Source: Kiritimatiellia bacterium
GTDB taxonomy: Bacteria; Verrucomicrobiota; Kiritimatiellia; RFP12; UBA1067
Reading direction: 5' to 3'
DNA length: 64,000 nucleotides
Assembly: GCA_016296065.1 (NCBI GenBank)
Contig: JAEDKA010000001.1
Coordinates: 68,591 to 132,590 of the forward strand
Positions 7,880 to 16,788 of the stretch are shown one piece after another. Below the pieces are notes generated by a model. The model did not search any database and had not been told where the DNA came from. It worked only from the letters and a program-made list of their open reading frames with translations. Each line of letters begins with the position of its first letter. Position 1 is the stretch's first letter. Both the position numbers and the translations under genes were made by a program.

Positions 7880-10800
7880 ATGAAACTTGCATCTAGCAAA
7901 TCATATATTAAATCCATCTCGTCCATGAGATGCCTTGCGGCGGCGGCAGTAGCTGGCGTTGCGGCGTTTTCCGCCAACGCAACCGAGAGAACTTGGCAGC
8001 CGCAGGGCGGCTCCACCGACATCAGCGCACAGAGCAACTGGGGCGGAACGCTTCCCGGCAACGGAGACAGGAAAAAATTCGCGGACGGTGGATACGCAAG
8101 CGACTATACGGTAACTATTCCGGCGGCCACGGCGGAGAACCCGTATCGCGACTATGCCGGACTTGTATTTGACGCCGTCACCGACGGACAGACCGTGACG
8201 CTGGACGCGACAGGTACGTCGTGGGTGCAGATGGGCGATGCGGGCCAGGCGTGGCAGGACAATGTTCCGTTCCGCGTCCGCTCTTGGGACCACATCTTCG
8301 ACATCGACAACGCGCACAACACGGAGAACCCCGCGAACAACTTCGGCTTTTCGCTTACGGACGGAACGATCTCGTTCAAGCGCGACTTGACGAATGGCTC
8401 CGTGCTGACCTTCAACGGCGACTTCAACATGGCGGTCGCCCCCGATGGCACGGAGAATGCGCACAGGACGGTTCTCTTCCATGATACAAACGCCAACAGC
8501 AAGAATTCCAAGATCATCTTTCACAGCGGCGAGTCGACGCTGCGGTGGATACAGTTTCGCGGCAAGACGGAGGGCAACGAGTTCCGCGTCGACGGAGGAA
8601 CCCTCCATGTCCTGAGCGGACTCGCAATCAACGAAGACTCGACAGGCGTCGATACAGATGCGTACATGCACGTGACGGACGACGGCCAGGTGTCCCTTGA
8701 TTCCGGCTCGCTGTGGATCGGCCGCAACAACGACGGGCGCGGCGTGCTGCGAATCGACGGGAACGGCAAGTTCACGATAAACAGCGGGACTACAGCCACT
8801 TATTTCCCCGATGGTTCTGCGCAGACAGGCCTTCTTTCCATCGGAGGGAACGGCGAGTGGAATTCGGTGAAGGACATGAATGTCGGCCATAACGGCGGCA
8901 CCGCCGACATTCTTGTCGAGGGGAACGGCGTCTTCAACCATTCCGGGGCGTTGAACTTCGGCGCCGGAAACGGATGTTCCGTCTCGCTTACTATGCAGGA
9001 CGACGCATACGCCGTTTTGCCGGCCGTTTCGATGATGCGGGACATAGCAGCCGACCAGCAGCGCACGGGCGTCATCACGCTAAAGGACGACGCGGTTCTC
9101 GATATCATGGTGCGGTTCGGAAACTGGGTCAACGGCGCAAGTGGAGACCTCACCATCAACATGTCGGACAACGCAAAGCTCCGTGCGAGCCAGAACGACG
9201 GAAACAACTGGATTCGGTTCGGTGACAACAACACCTCGAAGTTTACTCTCAATCTTGCCGGTGGCACGATCGAGAAGTTCGGCGGCGGTGAACTCGTTCA
9301 TTTCCAGCTCAAGGGCGGGGCGGAGAGCGAGTACAACTTCGCCGGCGTGACGCTTGACACTCAGAACTTCGCAATCGAAGGCAAGGCGGATACGTCCGCT
9401 CCGGATGCCTGGCATATCGCCCATCAGACGGCTGGTACTATCAATGTCCGCTGGCATGGCTCGGGCGACGGTCTCGACATCCGCGGCGGAAACGGGCGCA
9501 ACTGCATGTACCTTCTCGAGGGCGGTACGCTCAACGTCGGCAACATGATGCGCGTCGGACATGGCAATACCGACAGCAGCAAACAGTGGCGCTCAGTGTT
9601 CCGCCAGACTGGCGGTCAGGCGAACATCAGCGCGAATGTCAATATGTGCGACTCCGCTACGATGGCCGAATTCGAGCTTCTCGGCGGGCGTACGCGTCTT
9701 ACTTCCCTGCGCGGCTGGAACCAGAGCGTTGCGCGCAACGCCAACGGTGCCTGGGCGACGGCGCTCTTCGACGGCGGCACCATCGAGCCGTGGGCGGATG
9801 GATATGAAGTCATCTACACGATGCCGGAGCTTCGTCTCGGTGCGAAGGGGTTGACGATCGACACTGTCGGATATGCTGAGACGCGCATCGCGGCGAAGTT
9901 CCAGAACGAGGGCGAGGGGACGGAAGACGAAGTTGACGGACTGTTCGTCAAGACCGGTGCAGGCACCCTCAAGGCCAAGATGGTCGAGACAAACGGACTT
10001 TATGTCAACCGTGATCTGCGTAGCTATCATGCCTTCACGCGCGTCGATCAAGGCACGCTTCTTCTATCTGACGCCGCCGATGCCGCATTTGGCAAGAACA
10101 TCATCGTGAAGGGCGGCGCGACGCTCTCGCTCGCGGGCACTGCCCAGACGCTCACGGTCGATACGCTCACGCTCGGCGACGGGAACGGAGTGGCGGCCCT
10201 GGCTCTTGATGCCGGCGACAAGATAGTCGTCAATGCCGAAAACGGACTTTCGGTGAACGCTGCGATGGTTGATTTCTCGTCTGTGACGGTTAACGACATC
10301 TATCCCGTCTTCGTCTGCGCCGGTGCCGTCGATATTGCGGCGGTGAGCGACATCAACATCATTCCGAACGCGGACCATGACTGCGAGTGGACCAGCTCCT
10401 ATGACGATGGAACCGGCGTCACGACGTTTTCGATCCACGTTGCCGCCGCAGGGACGATCGGCAAGACCATCACATACGGCAATGGATCCGTCACCACGAA
10501 CGGAGAAGGCCGCGTCGCCAGGCTCATCGCGAACGAGACAGGCACGCAGTACGGCCAGCTCGACCTGACGAGCGCCGCTGCCGCGACAGTCGATGCAGGC
10601 GCCACGCTGACGCTCGGCGGCGATCTTCACATCCCCGCAGGCGGAACTCTTTCGAAGCGCGGCTCCGGCAAGCTCGTCGTCAACGGTGACAATTCCGCTT
10701 TCTCCGGGTCCTTCGCTTCGCATGGCGGAACACTTGAAGTCAGCGACGTGGATGCGCTCGGAAAAGACCCGCTCTCCTTCCCGCTCGTCCTCGGCAACGG

Positions 10801-12421
10801 CACGTTCAAGTACACGGGCGATGCCGTCACGTTCAACGCGGCGCTCAAGTTCCAGGGCGAGACGGCCGGCAAGTCCGTGATTCTCGAGAATGACGGCGAC
10901 ATGACGTTCCCCGACGTCCAGCACGTGAGCGGAACCTTCGTCAAGAAGGGCGTCGGCGCGCTTACGCTCGATCTCCCCGCGGGTTCGTTCAAGCTCGGCA
11001 ACGACGCGGTTGACGGGGATTATGGAATCCAGGACGGGATCGTTGAATTCCCGGCGAGCGGCGATGCACCGGAGTCCAAGACCGGACTCTGCGGCGTGAC
11101 AATCGCCGAGGGTACGCTGAAGGTCAAGGGACAGGGCGTCGACAAGACGACTGTGTCCACCGAGAACACGTCTCTCCTCGGCACAGGCTACGCCGCCAAG
11201 GCCGCGCCTATCCTTGAAGTCGAGGACGCGCGCGTCAACTTCGGCAAGGGTTCCCGCCATAGCCGTATCATGTCGCGGTATCCTGCCGGTGCGCCCGTTC
11301 CGGAGATACGCCTCAAGAACGCCATCTTCAACACGAACAGCGGTTATGTAGGGGCCAGCTCCGACGCGTCCGACCGCCGTGGTCCGATCATCACGATGAA
11401 GGACTCCGTATTCTTGGGCGACTACAACACCTATCTCGGCGTTGCCGGCTTCGCCAGCCCTGAGGTCGATGCGGACAACTCGAGCTTCATCACCGAGGGA
11501 GCGCTTGGAATCACCATCGCAGCCGCGAAGCTGACGGCCGACTTCTACGGAACGAACGCGGTGTTCGGATCGTATTCGAAGATCGAGGCTGGGGCGAACT
11601 ACGGCGGACGCATCGCCTCCCAGAACCACGTTACCGGCGAGGTGAAGATCCGCGACGGCGCGCGTATGAAGACGACCCGCGGAATCGACTTCGCATTCGG
11701 TTCCTTGTCCGTTGTGTTCGACGGCGGCATCTTCGAGATCGTCTCGCACAATGTTGAATCACAGCGCGCCTGCACGTCGGTCTGGCAAAAGGCGGGAACG
11801 GCATTCACGACGCAGGGCAAGGGCCTTGAGATCCTCATCGCCGAAGGCTCCACGCACGACTTCAACTTCCCCGTCGTCGGCGAAGGCAGGGTCGTCAAGA
11901 CGGGCGAGGGCACGTTCAAGCTCGTCGAGGCGCGCGCTGAGGGCGAGAAGCTCATCCAGTACACGGGCGGAACGGTCGTCTCGAACGGAACGTTCGTCGT
12001 CGACGGATCGCTCGTTGCGGACGGCGCCAAGTCGTTCGAGATATGCGCTGGCGCTGTCCTCGACCTGAACGGCTCTGTGCTCACGAACGCAACGATCGCT
12101 GGCGCGGGACGGGTTGTGAACGGGACGCTCGTGAACTCGACGCTCGCCTACGACGCCGATGCGCTCACTACATTCGACGGAGTTGAGTTCGACGGTGTGC
12201 TCTTCGTCGACTTCGGACGAACGGCGGAGGATCCGCTCGACAGGACCGAGGCCAAGGCGGGAATCCTCGTCGCGCACTATGCGGAGGGCACTGTCCCCGA
12301 GTTCATGAAGGTCAAGGCGCTCAACACGGGCATTCCACGCGCGAAGGCAGGCGTGAGCTGCGTTGACGGCGACATTATCATCACAACGGTCCAGACCGGA
12401 TTCGAAGTGCGCCTTCGCTGA
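7880..12421 (+). CDS. Giant secreted beta-helical surface protein (PATR-type repeats), paralog of 294-4232, with a GFEVRLR-stop tail
   Basis: The ORF-track start at 7802 is TTG and runs through the promoter module. ATG 7880 lies 5 nt after AAGGAGG (7868-7874). The signal peptide is MKLASSKSYIKSISSMRCLAAAAVAGVAAFSANA. A PATR-like repeat reads GGTLSKRGSGKLVVNGDNSAFSGSFASHGGTLEV. Long blocks are collinear with CDS 294-4232. Confidence 0.85.
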   Translation: MKLASSKSYIKSISSMRCLAAAAVAGVAAFSANATERTWQPQGGSTDISAQSNWGGTLPGNGDRKKFADGGYASDYTVTIPAATAENPYRDYAGLVFDAVTDGQTVTLDATGTSWVQMGDAGQAWQDNVPFRVRSWDHIFDIDNAHNTENPANNFGFSLTDGTISFKRDLTNGSVLTFNGDFNMAVAPDGTENAHRTVLFHDTNANSKNSKIIFHSGESTLRWIQFRGKTEGNEFRVDGGTLHVLSGLAINEDSTGVDTDAYMHVTDDGQVSLDSGSLWIGRNNDGRGVLRIDGNGKFTINSGTTATYFPDGSAQTGLLSIGGNGEWNSVKDMNVGHNGGTADILVEGNGVFNHSGALNFGAGNGCSVSLTMQDDAYAVLPAVSMMRDIAADQQRTGVITLKDDAVLDIMVRFGNWVNGASGDLTINMSDNAKLRASQNDGNNWIRFGDNNTSKFTLNLAGGTIEKFGGGELVHFQLKGGAESEYNFAGVTLDTQNFAIEGKADTSAPDAWHIAHQTAGTINVRWHGSGDGLDIRGGNGRNCMYLLEGGTLNVGNMMRVGHGNTDSSKQWRSVFRQTGGQANISANVNMCDSATMAEFELLGGRTRLTSLRGWNQSVARNANGAWATALFDGGTIEPWADGYEVIYTMPELRLGAKGLTIDTVGYAETRIAAKFQNEGEGTEDEVDGLFVKTGAGTLKAKMVETNGLYVNRDLRSYHAFTRVDQGTLLLSDAADAAFGKNIIVKGGATLSLAGTAQTLTVDTLTLGDGNGVAALALDAGDKIVVNAENGLSVNAAMVDFSSVTVNDIYPVFVCAGAVDIAAVSDINIIPNADHDCEWTSSYDDGTGVTTFSIHVAAAGTIGKTITYGNGSVTTNGEGRVARLIANETGTQYGQLDLTSAAAATVDAGATLTLGGDLHIPAGGTLSKRGSGKLVVNGDNSAFSGSFASHGGTLEVSDVDALGKDPLSFPLVLGNGTFKYTGDAVTFNAALKFQGETAGKSVILENDGDMTFPDVQHVSGTFVKKGVGALTLDLPAGSFKLGNDAVDGDYGIQDGIVEFPASGDAPESKTGLCGVTIAEGTLKVKGQGVDKTTVSTENTSLLGTGYAAKAAPILEVEDARVNFGKGSRHSRIMSRYPAGAPVPEIRLKNAIFNTNSGYVGASSDASDRRGPIITMKDSVFLGDYNTYLGVAGFASPEVDADNSSFITEGALGITIAAAKLTADFYGTNAVFGSYSKIEAGANYGGRIASQNHVTGEVKIRDGARMKTTRGIDFAFGSLSVVFDGGIFEIVSHNVESQRACTSVWQKAGTAFTTQGKGLEILIAEGSTHDFNFPVVGEGRVVKTGEGTFKLVEARAEGEKLIQYTGGTVVSNGTFVVDGSLVADGAKSFEICAGAVLDLNGSVLTNATIAGAGRVVNGTLVNSTLAYDADALTTFDGVEFDGVLFVDFGRTAEDPLDRTEAKAGILVAHYAEGTVPEFMKVKALNTGIPRAKAGVSCVDGDIIITTVQTGFEVRLR

Positions 12422-12444
12422 CGGGCATAAAGGGTAACGGAAAC

Positions 12445-15090
12445 ATGAATAGGCCCTTAGCGATATTTGGTATCCTGTCCATCACCGGTGCGGCCTTGGC
12501 CGCACCGTTCTCCGAACGCGACTCGGTGCTGGTCGGCGGAGAGTGGACGATGGGAAGGGAGGCGGCGCTCTCCGTGTCCGGGCGCGCCGTCTCGTCCGCG
12601 GGGTTCGACGACTCCAAGTGGCTCCCGGCCAAGGTGCCGGGAACCGTCTTGGACAACATGGTGCGCAACGGACTCCTCCCCGACCCGTACTATGGCCTCA
12701 ACAACCGCCGCAAGCTAAAGACGATCCCCGACCTCAACGACGTAGACCCGGAATACTACACCGCGTGGTTCCGCACGACGTTCGACGTGCCGGCGGACTA
12801 CAAGGGCAAGAACGTGTGGCTCGCCCCAGAGGGCATCAACTACCGCGGCGAGATATGGATCAACGGACAGGCCGTCGGCAAGACGGCCGGCATGTTCAGG
12901 CGGCAGGTGTTCGACGTTACGGACTTCGTCAAGCCGGGGGAGAAGAACGTCCTCGCCGTAAAGGTGTCGCCTGTGGACGTTCCCGGCGATCCGCATCCGC
13001 AGGCGAACGGCAAGACGTGGGGCGCGTCGGGCGAGTGGCGCAACGGCGGCGACGGGCAGATCGGCAAGAACGTGACGATGCTCATGTCCATCGGCTGGGA
13101 CTTCACGTTCTCGGACGGAATCCGCGACCGCAACACCGGCATCTGGCGTCCGATCAGACTCTTCGCGACCGGCCCCACGCGCCTCGCCAACCCGTTCATC
13201 CGCACGAAGTTCCTCGACCCAGCACACAAGCAGGTTGAGATAGTGGCCGACATCGAGGTCGACAACTATGCTGGCCGCAGGGGCATGGGCCAGTTCATCG
13301 AGTTCACGGTCGAGGGCACGAGCATAAAGCAGCGCACCCACATCGGCGTGACACGCGGCGAATACGGCATGCGCACGTTCAAGGTCAAGCTCGACAATCC
13401 GAAGCTCTGGTGGCCGCGCAACAAGGGCGAGCAGAACCTGTATACCGCGGTGTTCACGTCCTACTGCGACCAGAAGGGGCGAGAGAACGAGGTCTACGAC
13501 CAGGTGAGGGTGCGCTTCGGCGTACGCGAAATCACGAGCGACGGCGGGAAGGGGCCAGACGGCAAGGAGCGCGACCGCCAGTTCTACGTGAACGGACGCA
13601 AGATGTTCGTGCGCGGCACGAACTGGATTCCCGAGGCGATGCTGAAATCGGACGACGCGCGCATGGAGGCGGAGATACGTCTCCTCGCCGAGTCGGGCGT
13701 AAACTTCGTCCGCCTCTGGGGCGGCGGCATCATCGAGAGCGACTACTTCTACGACCTCTGCGACAAGTACGGACTCGTCGTGTGGCAGGAGTTCTTCATG
13801 ACGGGCGACACGGCGCATCCCCAGGACCGCGAGCTGTACCTCGCGAACGTCGCGGACTCCGTGAAGCACATCCGCAACCACGCGTCGCTCGGGCACTATG
13901 TCTGCTCCAACGAGTCCTCCGAGACGCCCGGCATCCGCGAGCTCATCGCGAAGCTCGATCCAACTCACGCCTACATGCCTTCCTCGGAGACGTTCGGCGT
14001 CCACGACGGCAGCCCCTACAAGATCGTTAACCCCATGCGCTACTACGAAGACACGGCGTCCGACCGCGGCAGCCGCGCATACGGCTTCAACCCCGAGTAC
14101 GGCACGTGCGCGCTTCCGGACGCGGAGTACCTCCGCACGTTCATGCCCGAGAAGATGCTCTGGCCGATGGACCGCGAGGCGTGGCGCTACCGCGAAGGCG
14201 GCGGTTTTGACGACATGACGACGGTGCACGACGTGATGGTGAACGCCTACGGACGCTCCAAGTCGATCGACGAATACTGCCGCAAGTCCGAGGCCGTCGA
14301 CGCGATGAACCACCGTGCGCTCTGGGAGGTGTGGAACCGCGCCTCCGCAACGCGCAAGGCGACGGGCGTCCTTTTCTGGTACGCGAACACGCCGGTGCCG
14401 AAGATCGGCTCGCACGCGTGGGACCACTCGCTCGGGCTCACCTCCGCCTTCTTTGCGCAGAAGAGCGCGCTCGCGCCGCTCCATGCGCAGTTCGACTACC
14501 TCGACAACATGGTGTCCGTCATGAACGACACGGTCGCCGACAGGTCGGTCGAAGTCGTCGCGCAGGTCTACGACTTCTCCTCGCGCAAGATCGCCGAGAA
14601 GAAGGTGTCCGCCAAGGCTCCCGCCGAGACGTGCACCGACCTCTTCGCGCTCGAGTTTCCGGCGGAGCTCACGCCGATCCACTTCATCAGGCTTGCGCTT
14701 CTCGAGAACGGCAGGGAGATCGACTCGACCGTGTACTGGCGCTCGACGAGCAAGTACACCGGGCCGAAGAAGATGGACGGTCCGACGACGGCTGGATTCG
14801 AGACGATGGACTCGCTCGCCAAGACGACTCTGGAAGCGCGCGCCGAGAAGGGCGCGAAGGGCATGGTTGTTACGGTCAGGAACACGGGCAAGTCAATTGC
14901 CTTCATGGTAAAGCTCCTCGCCCGAGACGCGAAGGGCCGCAACCTGAAGCCGACGTTCTACTCGGACAACTGGTTCTCGCTGATGCCCGGCGAAACGAAG
15001 CAGGTCCTCGTCGAGCCACCGGCCGGCGCTGCGTCCTGGACAGCCGAGGCGTGGAACGCGCCCTGCGTCACGGGAAGCCTTGCACGGTAG
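12445..15090 (+). CDS. GH2-family glycosidase (beta-mannosidase-like)
   Basis: 881-aa ORF starting 23 nt after the upstream stop. The signal peptide is MNRPLAIFGILSITGAALAAP. Motifs are NGLLPDPYYGLNNR, VNFVRLWGGG and VCSNESSE. It is a paralog of CDS 4428-7658. Confidence 0.9.
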   Translation: MNRPLAIFGILSITGAALAAPFSERDSVLVGGEWTMGREAALSVSGRAVSSAGFDDSKWLPAKVPGTVLDNMVRNGLLPDPYYGLNNRRKLKTIPDLNDVDPEYYTAWFRTTFDVPADYKGKNVWLAPEGINYRGEIWINGQAVGKTAGMFRRQVFDVTDFVKPGEKNVLAVKVSPVDVPGDPHPQANGKTWGASGEWRNGGDGQIGKNVTMLMSIGWDFTFSDGIRDRNTGIWRPIRLFATGPTRLANPFIRTKFLDPAHKQVEIVADIEVDNYAGRRGMGQFIEFTVEGTSIKQRTHIGVTRGEYGMRTFKVKLDNPKLWWPRNKGEQNLYTAVFTSYCDQKGRENEVYDQVRVRFGVREITSDGGKGPDGKERDRQFYVNGRKMFVRGTNWIPEAMLKSDDARMEAEIRLLAESGVNFVRLWGGGIIESDYFYDLCDKYGLVVWQEFFMTGDTAHPQDRELYLANVADSVKHIRNHASLGHYVCSNESSETPGIRELIAKLDPTHAYMPSSETFGVHDGSPYKIVNPMRYYEDTASDRGSRAYGFNPEYGTCALPDAEYLRTFMPEKMLWPMDREAWRYREGGGFDDMTTVHDVMVNAYGRSKSIDEYCRKSEAVDAMNHRALWEVWNRASATRKATGVLFWYANTPVPKIGSHAWDHSLGLTSAFFAQKSALAPLHAQFDYLDNMVSVMNDTVADRSVEVVAQVYDFSSRKIAEKKVSAKAPAETCTDLFALEFPAELTPIHFIRLALLENGREIDSTVYWRSTSKYTGPKKMDGPTTAGFETMDSLAKTTLEARAEKGAKGMVVTVRNTGKSIAFMVKLLARDAKGRNLKPTFYSDNWFSLMPGETKQVLVEPPAGAASWTAEAWNAPCVTGSLAR

Positions 15091-15113
15091 GCCTGTTTTT
15101 ACAATCTCCCCTC

Positions 15114-15147
15114 ACGCACCGCCGCATAGCGGCGGTGCGTGTTTTTT
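15114..15147 (+). terminator. Rho-independent terminator
   Basis: A perfect 12-bp stem, acgcaccgccgc (15114-15125) with gcggcggtgcgt (15129-15140), encloses the loop ata. It is followed by g and T6 (15142-15147). Confidence 0.85.
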
Positions 15148-15181
15148 CGTTAGGGAAGCTGGCAAAGCTGTTTGAATCGCC

Positions 15182-15247
15182 TTGCGTAAATTTCACGGTA
15201 TATTTTGCGTATAATTCTCGCACATGGAATGCCTTCTGTGATATTAT
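15182..15247 (+). promoter_or_regulatory. Promoter module copy 4, predicted leaderless start for CDS 15254-16723
   Basis: Unit 1 is TTGCGTAAATTTCACG (15182-15197) and unit 2 is TTGCGTATAATTCTCG (15204-15219). A 32-nt spacer leads to TGaTATTAT (15239-15247). The 6-nt spacer attaac follows, so the A of the ATG (15254) falls at the predicted +1. There is no Shine-Dalgarno sequence. Confidence 0.6.
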
Positions 15248-15253
15248 ATTAAC

Positions 15254-16723
15254 ATGAAAACGATAGGACTCAGACTTTGTGCTTCAGTTTTTGTTTCCGC
15301 AGCGGCCCTTTCGGCTTATGCGGTTGTCAGGCCCGCCGCTGTCTTCACCGACGGCGCCGTGCTTCAGGCTAAGCGCGCCGTGCCCGTCTGGGGCATGGCC
15401 GATCCGGGCGAGAAAGTCGTCGTCAAGTTCGCCGGGCAGACGAAGACGGTAAAGGCTGGCGCGGACGGCAAGTGGCGCGTCGCTCTCGATCCGATGGAGT
15501 ATTCTTCCGTCGGCCGCGAGCTCGTCGTCGGTTCGACGAAGTTCTCCGACGTCCTGGTCGGGGAGGTGTGGCTCGGCATCGGCCAGTCGAACATGGAGTT
15601 CTCCTTCGACATCTGCGAGGAGGGCAAGGTCGCGTCCAAGGGCGGGGTGATTCCGACGACCGTCAGGTACTTCCACCTGCCCAAGGACGGCGACGAGAAG
15701 CCGCGCGACATGTTCGCCGTGCCGGAGGGCGTCAAGTGGCGCGCCTACACGAAGGAGAACGAGAAGGAGAACAAGCGCTCGTCGATGCTGTTGGCGCTGA
15801 TCGCGCAGAGGCTCTCCGCCGCGCTGGACGTGCCGATCGGCGTAATCGGCGCGGCTGTGGGCGGCGCGAACCTCGAGACGTGGATGAGCGAGGCGGCGAT
15901 CGCCGAGGCTGGGACGCAGGAGGAGGCGGCGAAGCTCCTCAAGATGTGCGAGGGCTGGCACCAGAACGACATCAAGCGCTGGGAGAACCGTCCCGAGAGC
16001 GAGAAGAACAGGCCGTTCCCGAAGATCAACTACGAGAGCCGTCCGACGCAGGTGTGGAACGCGATGGTCCCTCCGCTCGCGCCGTACGCCGTGCGCGGCA
16101 TGATCTGGTACCAGGGCGAGATGAACTCCGGATGGCAGAAGTACGAGAAGCAGTTCCCGTTTTTCGTGAAGCACCTGCGCGCGGCCTTCGGCGTCACGGA
16201 CCAGCCGCTCTACATCGTGCAGCTGCCCGACTTCAAGCAGGATCACTGGGTGCGCATCCGCGACGTGCAGCGCAAGATGAGCGAGACCGTCTCCAACTGC
16301 GAACTCGCCGTGACGATCGACGGCAACGAGCTCGAGCTGCATCCGAGGGACAAGACGAAGCTCGCCACGCGCCTTGCAAACCTCGCGCTCGCGGGATGCT
16401 ACGGACGCAAGATGCTTGCGCGCTCGCCGGCGCCCGAAAAGGCCGCCGCCAAGGGCTGGAAGGTGCGCGTCGCGTTCAAGAACTGTGGAGAGGGACTCAA
16501 GCTGACCGAGGGCGCCGCGCCGCGCACGTTTGAACTCGTGGAGAAGGGCGACAAGGGAGTCCCGGTCGAGGCCAAGCTCGTCGGGAAGAACACGGTCGAG
16601 CTGACCGTTCCCGAGGGGATGGGCGCGCCGACGCGCGTCAGGTACGCCTGGTCTCCGGATCCGGACGTAAACCTCGTCAATTCCGCCGACCTCCCCGCCA
16701 CCCCGTTCGAGATCGAGCTATAG
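15254..16723 (+). CDS. SASA/DUF303-type carbohydrate O-acetylesterase (sialate O-acetylesterase-like)
   Basis: 489-aa ORF with the signal peptide MKTIGLRLCASVFVSAAALSAYA. Motifs GEVWLGIGQSNMEF and GMIWYQGEMN are typical of the SASA esterase family. Confidence 0.8.
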   Translation: MKTIGLRLCASVFVSAAALSAYAVVRPAAVFTDGAVLQAKRAVPVWGMADPGEKVVVKFAGQTKTVKAGADGKWRVALDPMEYSSVGRELVVGSTKFSDVLVGEVWLGIGQSNMEFSFDICEEGKVASKGGVIPTTVRYFHLPKDGDEKPRDMFAVPEGVKWRAYTKENEKENKRSSMLLALIAQRLSAALDVPIGVIGAAVGGANLETWMSEAAIAEAGTQEEAAKLLKMCEGWHQNDIKRWENRPESEKNRPFPKINYESRPTQVWNAMVPPLAPYAVRGMIWYQGEMNSGWQKYEKQFPFFVKHLRAAFGVTDQPLYIVQLPDFKQDHWVRIRDVQRKMSETVSNCELAVTIDGNELELHPRDKTKLATRLANLALAGCYGRKMLARSPAPEKAAAKGWKVRVAFKNCGEGLKLTEGAAPRTFELVEKGDKGVPVEAKLVGKNTVELTVPEGMGAPTRVRYAWSPDPDVNLVNSADLPATPFEIEL

Positions 16724-16788
16724 GCGCTGACAGTTGCGGAATGACATTTCTCCCACGCTGAGTTTTCAACGACATACAGGAACACCCC

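Noticed and set aside
15210-15215. A TATAAT immediately after unit 2's TTGCG in module copy 4, as an alternative -10.
   Set aside because: The hexamer at 15242-15247 keeps the exact 32-nt spacing seen at 8 other sites, has the TGn extension and places +1 on the ATG. The 15210 hexamer lies inside operator unit 2 and is not positionally conserved.
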